Assembly (NCBI GenBank): GCA_012295275.1
Contig: CM022672.1
Location: forward strand, 32,550,001 to 32,614,000
Source: Chrysomallon squamiferum
Lineage: Eukaryota; Animalia; Mollusca
Length of the DNA: 64,000 nt
Direction: 5' to 3'
The stretch's first letter is position 1, and each line of letters starts with the position of its first letter. Both the position numbers and the translations under genes were made by a program. The notes under the pieces are model-generated. The model made no database searches. It saw nothing but the letters and a program-made list of their open reading frames with translations, and was not told the origin of the DNA. Below, in pieces: positions 53,596 through 64,000 of this stretch.

Positions 53596-54970
53596 GAATT
53601 TTCCTTCTGTACATATGGTATAATTTATAACAAAATAGATGTTATTATATGTAACAATTTAAGTTAAGTCAGAAAGGAGTAACACTAGGCTATAAACAAG
53701 ACATTTATCAACACTATTAAAATATTTATTGTTAAGTTGAACATGCTTCCTGTTAAGAAATTTTAACACAGAATTCTAAAATTCAACATAATAAAAAAAA
53801 GTTTCAGTATTTCATACAGATGTGGATTATTATTAAATAAATAAACTAGTGTTTTGCCAGTTACAATGAATCTGTCAAATTTGTTTTCTAAAATCTGTCT
53901 GGAACTGTGTGTTAACAGTTTTTTAACAAATGTGTTTGAAATTGTAATGATAAAAAGTGGAGAAATGCTGATTTTAAACTGACACAGTTTTCTAACAGAC
54001 ATTACTTACTAGGAAAGAGACTTTCCGAGAAGCTGGACAACAGTGGGGTGACACTTCCAGACATTTCAACTCCTCAACTTGACCAGCTGCCTCAGAGAGA
54101 AACCATCTTGATGAAAAGTTAGAGTACTCCCACCTTGTTCACCAGCCAGTCTGAACACAGGATACTCAACTAAAAAACAAAACAATAAACATCACAATCT
54201 ACTTAACATTACCTACAGCCTGTTTATCACAAACTTATATCTTCAGTGTTCAAGTAATATCATTCTGACACAAAAGCTGAACACAGAGCAGTTATTAACT
54301 GAACAAAAATTCAAAATAAATAATTTAATACTCTGTAGAGAAATGTTTTAAAATGTCATTTAATAGAAATTCAGCATGACACCAAAACCTACAGCTATTC
54401 TGAATCTGTGGTTTACATTTATTTTCTTATTTATATTTATCAGATATAAATTGTAATACTTTACCATACCAGAAAACTGACTTCATCTCTTTATTAATAA
54501 AACATATTTAGTGATAACTTTGATAAAACTGACATTGGAGCAGAAACAAACAATGATATTCTAACACAGAAAATGAAACATCTAACACAAATATAGATAA
54601 AATATATAACATACATCATAATAATATATATATTATTTTATCACTTAATGAATATATATGAAATATATATAGAAAACAACAACAATCTTCTTCATAATTT
54701 GGTGTCACTCACTGTCAAAGAAACACACACACTCCTGTCTCCATCTCATCAAGTCTACAACATCAGCAGCTAATCTGTCAAGAGAGACACACTGAACTCT
54801 TCTCTCTCTCAACACTTTGCTAGTCTCCTTAGTAACCTTCAAAATAAAAATAAAACACCAAATTATTATCATTAGATTCTTTTATTCACTCAGTTCTGCT
54901 ATTCAAATACAACATCTTATTAGAAAAAGATTATTTTCATTCATTTAAGTATACTGACAGTAAAATACTG

Positions 54971-55028
<58 letters not shown>

Positions 55029-55475
55029 ATAATAACAAAAGATACTGCAAAATTACCTTTAAAATTACCTTAAATGTTTAATAATATAAAATGTTGTTTG
55101 TTATTAAAATATTTTTGTTGATATCTTTATTTTAAATAAGTAGATAGAAAAGAGCTGGCTAACACCTTATATCTCTCACAATAACACGCTTTAAAATAAT
55201 GATGATTTATGTTGCATACATAATACAATAAAAAATACAATAAAAAATAAAACTAAAAAACAGTAAGGAAGAAATTCAATAAAAAATAAAATTACAGAGA
55301 CCTACACACTCATTAAATTATCTAATATGTAGATAATAATAATTTAAAAACAGAAGAAAAAAGAAGGAATTCACTTACAGAACAAATCAAATTCCAAAGC
55401 CTGTTAACAAGCTGTGTACAGATCTCCGTGTCATGAATGAGAACGACTGATGAACTTTGACCTTTGACCGTTAAC
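48406..55475 (-). pseudogene. Unidentified multi-exon gene fragment with stops and frameshifts. Exons 55475-55379, 54836-54713, 54169-54010, 53449-53389, 52987-52862, chimeric 51834-51693, duplicated 51146-50986, 50522-50463, 50061-49936, then ~48976-48803 and 48479-48406
   Basis: Canonical AG/GT ends with coherent phases in the distal copy: LTVKGQSSSVVLIHDTEICTQLVNRLWNLICS|VTKETSKVLRERRVQCVSLDRLAADVVDLMRWRQECVCFFD|IEYPVFRLAGEQGGSTLTFHQDGFSLRQLVKLRS*NVWKCHPTVVQLLGKSLS|YCVMQVSKKVQHQNPILIGKK|VEIRRNRDISANSVTIEQVSIATTLSVEADVISVDGQIKQLQ. Family not recognised. Confidence 0.7.
48900..54785. repeat. Direct tandem duplication of ~2.9-3.0 kb (48900-51760 / 51760-54785)
   Basis: High-identity colinear copies of exons, introns and microsatellites; junction at ~51756-51764. 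Confidence 0.95.
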
Positions 55476-55564
55476 CTGCATGCTTTTGTCGTGCTGTAAA
55501 ACGTGTATCAACCCCTGCTCTAGCATGTAGTAAACTAAATAATAACAAGAAAAATAAAGAGTAA

Positions 55565-55595
<31 letters not shown>

Positions 55596-57116
55596 TAATT
55601 TAATATGAAAACCTGTATATAGATTATTTATTTATTTATTTATTTATTGTTCTAAAAGTTTGACGTTTCCTGAAAACTATTTGTTGGTGACAGGAAATGA
55701 GGAGTATCTAGCCAGCTGTTTTACTTCTCGTGTACTGGAAAATGTAGTTACGTATAAATTAATTAATTACTACTACTGCTGCAACTGATACATATAATTA
55801 GTCCATCTAGTTTTTCTTATTATTACTGTTTTTCTCATTGTTATTATTATTATTGTTTGTGTTATGTGGTTGTCGTTGTTGGTATTATTATTTAATTATT
55901 TAATTATTTATTTATTTATTTTTTATATTTTATTTTTATTTAATATTATTTTATTTTGTTTTATTTTTAATTATTATGATTATTATGATTATTATCATTT
56001 TCAATTTGTTCGTTTCTGTTTTTTTGTTGTTGTCGTTGTCGAATTTGCTTTAATGAATTTTTTCGGAAAGAATTGTAAAGCGTCAGTTGTTTGTGCAGTG
56101 TTTAAGTTGAAATTCACATCAGCAGTGAGTACTGAGAACTGGATGGGATGGTATGGGGTGGGGGGTGACCTAGTTTATTAATTTTGTTTGAGCGCTGCGA
56201 CACGACTTGAAGTCGATCGATAAACGAGTTGTCATGGCAGCGAAACATAAGCTGCCTTGTAGTTTCTTTTATTTATTTATTTATTTATTTGTGTATTGTT
56301 GTTGTTTTTGTTATTTTTATTGTTCTTTATTCTGTGATGATGATGATTAATATATTGCTCCCCTTTATTTATTTATTTATTTCATTAAATTTAGCAAATA
56401 AATAATAATAACACTTATAAAAAATAAAAAAAATATTCAGTATTTTATTTCCGTATTTATTTCAAAATGATATTTTTTAAAGATTTATTTCGTTTCGTTT
56501 ATTTCAGAATTAAAACGAAACGTTTCGACTGTGAATATGTGTGTGTAAGAGAGCTTGTGTTATATATATTTATAACATAACGTGTTACTGAAAATTAAAG
56601 AAATAGAAATTATAATATTTAATTTATCGCCAACTCGCATGTCCTCAACGACTAAATAATAAGTATACATGTGTAAAAGAAATAATTTTCTTTGTAATTT
56701 AAAAATTGTGTTTTGTTTTGATGTTCATAGTGGATACTTGATATTATATATAGTTTATAACTGTAGTATATGCAAATATATGTATCTATTATAATCAACC
56801 GTCACAATTTCTTAATTACACAGTCAGCGGATACACAAAAGGCGCAATTCCTAGACAAGAAACGAGCCATATTTTAATAGGTTCGTTAGCACTCGAGAGC
56901 TAACACCTCTTAAGTGCTGGGCTTCATGACAACAGTGATGATGACAATATTTATAATAATCATAGTGACATGATATAAAAGCCATCCACCATAAAAACAC
57001 ACACTAACAATAACAGCGGTAATAATAATGATAATCATTAAAATGGTACTAACAAAGCAAGACAACCCACATAATAATAGGTATATTTTATTATTATTAT
57101 TATTATTTATTATTAT

Positions 57117-57148
<32 letters not shown>

Positions 57149-57221
57149 GGTGGTGTGTGTGTGGTGGTGGTGGTGGTTATGGTGGTGTTTGTTTGTTTTT
57201 TTGATTTTGTTTGATTTTTGT

Positions 57222-57378
57222 ACATGTCTGCTTCTATCACCTAACACAGGTCACATGGAGGAAGATCCAGACTCTTGGTCTTGTACAGCGATATAGAGAA
57301 GAGGAGGACGTGAAACTCTTCTGTGGCGTGCTAGATGGACTCGCCTTCTTACTAGTGGATGATGTCCCTGAGGGTCTG
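57222..57378 (+). mobile_element. MULE transposase fragment (copy of 1017-1172)
   Basis: HVCFYHLTQVTWRKIQTLGLVQRYREEEDVKLFCGVLDGLAFLLVDDVPEGL. Confidence 0.8.
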
Positions 57379-58276
57379 GCATTAATAATTAAATTGATTT
57401 AGTAGTAATTAATTCATGAGGCAAGTAACCCGGTTGAAGTCTAGTTAAAGTTTTTATTTTGACGATCTGAGGCTGAAAGTGAAAGGCAGACGACACTATC
57501 TCTAGTGCAGCAATTACAATCGACTTTTTTTTTTTTTTTTTAATTATTATAATTATTATTATTATTTAAGTAAGTTTAAAATGAAATATAAGAAACGAAT
57601 CTAAGGATATACATTGTCTAGTTGTTTTTTTTTATTTTTTTTTCTTTTTTTTTTTTTTAAATTTTAATATAACTCTTGTAATAAAAGTGTCTGTGAAATA
57701 AATGTCATTATCCAAAAATAGCAAGTGACGTCACTTGTCAGAATTGCTTCTGTATTTTCATATCATCACATTGACTTGTGACAGAGAACGTAATGTTGTT
57801 AACTGATCATAACGGTGTGTGTTATTAACTTGCAGAAAATAGAAGATATTTTCAAATACATTATTTTATTACGGAAGATTTTTCGATCAAAAATGAAATG
57901 TTTATAGCACATAGACTCTCATTATTCAGTGCTACTTTAGCGTATGATCTACGCGATCTAATGATCTACACCGAGCAAATTCAACTTTGGTGTGTGATCT
58001 ACGTGGTTATTTTAATTATTATTTTGTTTATTCTAGGTTTTTTTTTTTTTTTTGGGTTTTTTCACCGCATAAATGGAAAAACAAAATCCTAATATTACAT
58101 ATTTGTAATTTATAGGAACAAGGGCTAAAAAGTATACTATATGTGAATACTGTATTGATGAATTGAGCGAATATCTGCTAGAAACGTAAGAAAAAGATCT
58201 TCAGTTTTCTTCATCTTCCTTCATTTCTCCACCACAACGACGACATAGTGCAACATTTTCTTCATCATCTACATTA

Positions 58277-58712
58277 CAGGGGCGCACAAACTTTCTGATC
58301 TTATAGACCGCAGCGCTTTAACTTCACTGACACTAGGGCCGCAGACATTTCATTGTGATTACGTAAACTCTGAAAACGTAACATATATGATTTTGTATAA
58401 TTTTCTAACAGTGAACCTCTGTGACTGAAAATGCTGCATGTAAATAATGGGTGCGTTTACATATTTCCATATAAACTGACTTCTTTCTTGTTGATTCCCA
58501 TTAAAGCAAACAATAAAACCGTTATTAATATTATTTATTACTTCTATTAAATAACAACTTCAAAACTGTCGGATCTAAAAATGAATACTGGACGACATTT
58601 TGTGTACGGCATCTGACAGTGATAGGAAGTTCATGTTGTACGAGTGTTTATACTGAGACGTTAAATGTGATGAGGTGACATCGTTTCCACGGCCGCAGGT
58701 TGCGCACCCCTG
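58277..58712. mobile_element. hAT-type MITE (~436 bp) with imperfect terminal inverted repeats
   Basis: Left end CAGGGGCGCACAAACT; right end reverse-complements to CAGGGGTGCGCAACCT. No clean 8-bp TSD remains. Confidence 0.65.
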
Positions 58713-59729
58713 ATTTACAAGGCAATTTCTTCGTAAAACTGTAACTGCCTTCGTCTCGTCTCTGATCACGTTGTAAAAATCTTTAGCCAACATCTTAAGG
58801 GTACTTCAGAAATTGAAACGAACAAGTAAAATCACAGAGAGGAATACAGATAAACTACCAAATCGCATACCTATTCAGAAATGAAGTTTGCCATATGTGA
58901 TGTTCTTATATATTTATCACGCATTAGGTCCAATGACTTTTATTACTTTACATGCCTGCTATAGTTTCCTGTAAGTCGTAGATCACGCGCCAAATTAGCA
59001 CCCATTATTCTCTAAACGTTGAACAATTCGTTTTTTTTATAATTATTATAATAATTAAACATGAGAGCTAGCTGATAGGTACTGAGTCATAGGAAGGGAT
59101 ATCATTTTGTTACACTCTTCTGAAATAACAAATTGTTCAGTTTATCTTTTACAGAAACGCTTCTGATAAAGAAATAAATTATAAGAAGAGAACAGGCGCA
59201 CACATTTGTATATGTCACTGTGTATTTGTGTATGTTGCTGTGTATTTGTGTTTGTTGCTGTGTGTATTTGTATCTATCAGTTTGTGTTTGTGTGTCGGTG
59301 TGTGTTTATGAGTTTAGGTGTTTCATTGAGAGCGAGCCTGTGCGATAGTGTTACTGTTAAAACAAAACAAAATCATTGCAAAATATAATTACTTGTATTT
59401 TATTTTTATTAGTTGATGCCTTACTTATCTCCCTTTCTTAAAGTTACTCACAGTATATACTATTCACCTTTATTTGAAATGTTAAAGCATGAGTGGGTGT
59501 GTAATTGAACTTATGTATGACAAACATCTGTTAGTGTGGGTGTTTAAAGATATGTGTTTTTGTGTCTTTGATTTTGTGTATGTGTTTGTGTATGTACGTA
59601 TGTGTGTGTGGATGTCCTTGTGTTGGAGTATCTATGTGTAGGAATATAAAATCAGTCGATATGTGCGTGTGTATTTACGAATATATGTGTGTTTGATACA
59701 GTGTATAGACAGTGAAGGCCCGTTTTTGC

Positions 59730-60080
59730 TATGTATATGTGTGAAAGATAATGTACATGTTTTGATGTATGTATATGTGTGAAAAAGAGTGTACGTTTAT
59801 ATGTGTATATGTATGTGAAAGAGTATACATGTTTATATGCATGTAGAAGTATGTGAAAGAGTGTATATCTTTATATATATGTATACATGTGAAAGATAAT
59901 GCACATGTTTATATGTATGTATATGTGTATGAAAAATAATGTACGTTTATATGTATTTACATATGTGAAAGATAATGTTTATGTTTATATGAATGTAGGT
60001 GTGTGAAGGATATAATACAAGTTGTATATTTATGTCTACATGTGAAAGATAGAGTATATGTTTACATGTATGTATGTGAG
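59730..60080. repeat. Degenerate ~38-40 bp minisatellite (atgtgtgaaagataatgtacatgtttatatgtatgtat-like)
   Basis: Recurring tgtgaaaga core. Confidence 0.75.
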
Positions 60081-60141
60081 ACATTACGGTCATGCGTTCT
60101 ATAGTTAAAAGGAGGGGTATTTGTGTCGTTTGTATGTAAGA

Positions 60142-60193
<52 letters not shown>

Positions 60194-60278
60194 GTGTGCG
60201 TGTATGTGTTAGAGAAAAGACAGATATAAAAAATCTGTGTTTGAAATATTGTGTTTTGCGGGCTTTTTTCCGCTTGTG

Positions 60279-60334
<56 letters not shown>

Positions 60335-61048
60335 GTCATCATCATTTCAGAAACTTTGTTGTTGTAAAAGAAAATAATAGTTTTTGGTTTTTTTTTATCG
60401 CTAAGAACAGCGAAAAGTTCAGGATGAAATGAAACGAAAAATATCATTTTCTGTGGCCATTTTCCCGCAGCCATCTTTATGTACAACGATATCATTAATA
60501 TGTTCACAGGATGTTCGTGATCTCGAAGGTGTCTTGATGAATGTTATTAACAAACAGTTGTTAACGTCGTCGTTTATTAAAAGTGTGTCGTAACCAAGCG
60601 TGATACGCACCGCGCATTCTGCATACTACATAAAAATCACAGGCTAATTATCACTAACATCATCCGCTAGTGATTATAGTTCCTGTCTATGACATTTTGG
60701 TGCGTGTTTTGAACAATCTTCTTGGGTTTCTCGGCCATGTTTAATTTGTAAGTGGCTAGTAGTCCACCAGACAGGTCCAAATTTATGAACTGATTCCGTG
60801 TTGATATCGGTAAAATTGTATAGCTGTTGACCAGAGGGTAAACTTAGTGATCAAAATTAAGCACTGCACGAAATGAACATCGCATGAGTAGTAAACAAAA
60901 TAACGACACAGTCATTCTCTTTATTACGACAGACTTGAAACGACATCGTAACGACAAGTAAACGACTTTTGTTTAACTAAGTCGTTATGGTGACATCTTC
61001 GGGAACGTGGCCATGAATTATAACATATAACCGTATATAATGATGATG

Positions 61049-61102
<54 letters not shown>

Positions 61103-61257
61103 TGGTTTAAACACCCACACAATGGAGAGGTTAAACAACACAACCGAGAGAGAGAGAGACCGTTTAAAAGAAGGAAATATAAACAGACACACAACATACA
61201 TTATTTGTTTATCGAAAAGGTAAAAGTTTCTATTAGGAAGACAATGTACACATTATG

Positions 61258-61353
<96 letters not shown>

Positions 61354-61562
61354 AAAATGAAGTAATTGTTTTATTTGAAAAAAGCACTAAAAGTATGAAT
61401 GAAAGGATTAGTTCAGAGGATAGTATCGTAAATATACATTTTTCATCAGTTAATAGCGATGGAGTCTATGAATGAATGAAAGAGAGATAACTCTTGTATA
61501 GCTTATTGTAAAATGCACAAGAGTTAGCTGTTATAGAAATATATATTCAATACATTCTTCAC

Positions 61563-61668
61563 AGCTGGTGTAATAATGACCATTGTGTGTACTCACCTGT
61601 GGGATGGTTCATATCAATGATCCTTTGCTGCTAACTGGAAAGAGTAGCCCATGAAGTTATGACAGTTC
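61563..61668 (+). mobile_element. Degenerate SINE-like interspersed repeat fragment
   Basis: ctgtgggatggttcatatcaatgatcctttgctgctaactggaaagagtagcccatgaag resembles the core of an abundant gastropod SINE-like repeat (from memory, not searched). Confidence 0.4.
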
Positions 61669-61899
61669 TTACTACATATATCTTTTTTGTTGTTCTTACG
61701 TGTACATCTGTGAGTTCATTCATATAACCAGAAAGCAATAAATTATATATAGGTTAAGACTTGAAAAAATGATAGACAGCTGGTTTAAACCTCATCATTT
61801 CCAGCTTAATGATTTGAACTACCGTTCAGTGATTAAGTCTTTGGGGATAGTACGACTTTGTGAAGAATATTTGTTATACATATCTAATATCAAAAATTT

Positions 61900-64000
61900 A
61901 TGTTTTATTGTTTATATTTTTCATTGATTTTTTTTCTTAGTTACTCTGTATGATGACCTACTATAGTCGTTTCTCTTTTGTCAATAACAGAATATTTAAT
62001 TTTTCCTCAAGTTCGATTTCTAATAAAAATAAATATGTTATTGAAAATGGAATAAGGATTATTGTAAGCACATGAACGAAACTAGTATAGCTAAGCAACT
62101 AGAAAACGTTATATCTTCACTATTTTGTGATTTGTGTTTATTGTAAATAATAAATACATTTAGATCAAAAAATATTTGTTTATATTATTAAAATGTATTT
62201 TGATTATTAACTTTCTTTATTTTCAGTCGTTTTTTTTTTTTTCGACTGTCACTGAAATTTTACCGATTATATAAAACAAGGACAAAACAAAGAGAATTAT
62301 GAACGCCTTTGATATCGCTGATCATGACATTTTGTTCCAGCTGTTAAACGCTGTAAGACTCAGTGACTCGACACTAAACTGGTTTCGCTCCTATTACATG
62401 AGCGACATGAGGTGGAAGAAATCGTTGACGTTACTTTCACTATCGCCACAGTTAGATGTAGCGTTCATCAGTTAGTTTTCTATGCCGACGATTCTGCACT
62501 GATAGTGCAAGGCAGAAATACAAGAGAAATTCAGCTCGAATTTTGAAATGAACCAGAATTAACAAGGAGTTGCTAACTGACAATAAATTATCTCTCAACC
62601 TGGGAAAGACTGAGTCAATTCTCTTTGTGTCAAAGACAATCATGTCTTTCTTTAACGTAAAACCCGGTTATCTATGAAACTGTATTTCGTTAGATACAGT
62701 TCTTTTAACTATATATATTTTATTAAGGTACTAATGTTATATGTTAATTATAGGCTCTATATATTTGAAACAGACAAAAGATGAAGTAGCGACAAATATT
62801 AAATATGTATTAATAATTATTATAAGTAAACAATGTGTCTTTAACTGCCGATATATGGTAATAATTAAAGTTCTGTTTGATCATCAGTTAATATTTTTTT
62901 ACAGTAAAATACGTGAAGACGTTTATTGTAAGACTTTTTTTTTTTTAATTTTGAAGTTACATTTATTATCTTCATTAGGTAGTGTTATTAACAGCGTATT
63001 TGTTTAACATAAGTTCTGTTCACGAAACTACTTGATTCTCCCATGACCCATTCCGCCTTTAATTGATTCAACTGATTCCGCATTTTAACTCAGCTATTCA
63101 TAAAACCGTAAATAATTTAGTTGCGTTTATTTTCTTGTATATTATTTTAATAAATAAATAACTCAAACTGCATTGTTGTTGATATATGTTATTTATCTAG
63201 TAAATTATACCATCACGATGTTTACGTTTCTGTCACAATTAAAGATTTACTGTCTTAGTATTCTAAACGCCTATATCCCCTAAACGAGGTAACGAGCACC
63301 TGAGACAACAAGCAATTTCATCAAGACCAGTGTACAGACAATGTACAGACAATGCACAGACAATGTACAGATAATGCACAGACGAAAATTAAATACTTGT
63401 GTGTCGAATTTGCCCTGTGTTTTGCTGGAAACTGTATTGCACACAAAATTAATAGTAAAACAAATTCAAATTTAAAGGTTTTTTATATGTTGTCTATCTG
63501 GAAACAAACAGCATGCTAACTTCAACACTAATCCAGTGCTAGATCATCTTTGTATTTTGGACTGACGAAGAAATACTAAACTAGGATAAAATGTAATCCA
63601 AAAAAAAAAAAAAAATTAATAAAAAAAAAAAAAAATAAAAAAATAAAAAAAAATTATCCTTATTTTTGCAGTCAACCCCTCGCAAATATATTGGAGCAAA
63701 TCAGATTAGATTGGTCAATATACTGCCGGATGGAACTCCGTTCCAAACAAATCAAACTAAATATTGTCCATATTATTCTAAACAGCACAATCCCAGATTA
63801 CCTAAGTACTGTTTTCAAATTAACTAGATACAAACATAATATCAATGCAAGATCCAGTGCAGTGTCTCTTCAGATACCTGAAGTTAGAGCATTTGGTAAA
63901 AATGCACAGGAATATTGTCTTGACATAAATAAGAAGTGAAATTAAGTGTTTAATACGCAAGTATCTTTCAAAAATGCATGCGTGTGTGTATATATATATA
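61900..64000 (+). repeat. Duplicated block C, copy 2
   Basis: Colinear with ~30190-32295. Confidence 0.95.
62245..63920 (+). mobile_element. Decayed CR1/L2-group LINE ORF2 remnant (copy of 30535-32220)
   Basis: Same AFD, YADD and NKLSLNLGKT motifs. Confidence 0.85.

Larger units (their letters stand above)
56252..59149 (+). repeat. Duplicated block A, copy 2
   Basis: Colinear with 1-2652, plus ~310 extra bp at ~57990-58298. Confidence 0.95.

Noticed and set aside
59947-60610. 186-aa and 63-aa minus-strand ORFs with a YY1-like AAGATGGCTGC
   Set aside because: Mostly microsatellite translation with no recognisable domain or splice partner; a possible promoter but unsupported.

Overview
Very AT-rich, microsatellite-laden metazoan (invertebrate, probably molluscan) genomic DNA in three contigs joined by two 200-N gaps (13491-13690, 34102-34301). 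Most ORF-track entries are simple-repeat artefacts. Manual splice reconstruction gives four main coding units. (1) A two-exon BTB-BACK-PHR gene (BTBD1/2/3/6 family, +, 11329-12867) with one frameshift in an A6 run and a compact ISRE+CRE+kB-like motif cluster upstream. (2) Nine in-frame, stop-free exons of an EGFR/ErbB-type ectodomain (L1-CR1-L2, -, 20360-13838) with a degenerate dimerization arm, no visible domain IV, TM or kinase, and an intronic array of duplicated exon ends that keep splice donors. (3) A terminal exon resembling beta-microseminoprotein-like proteins (-, ~32608-32779). (4) A decayed minus-strand unit (55475-45410) made of an unidentified multi-exon gene fragment, carrying a ~3 kb internal tandem duplication, followed by the last three exons of a DHX8/Prp22 pseudogene. 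The rest is a mosaic of multi-kb duplicated blocks, LINE, MULE and hAT remnants, and minisatellites. No CRISPR array, rRNA or tRNA was seen. All family assignments come from recalled motifs, not database searches.
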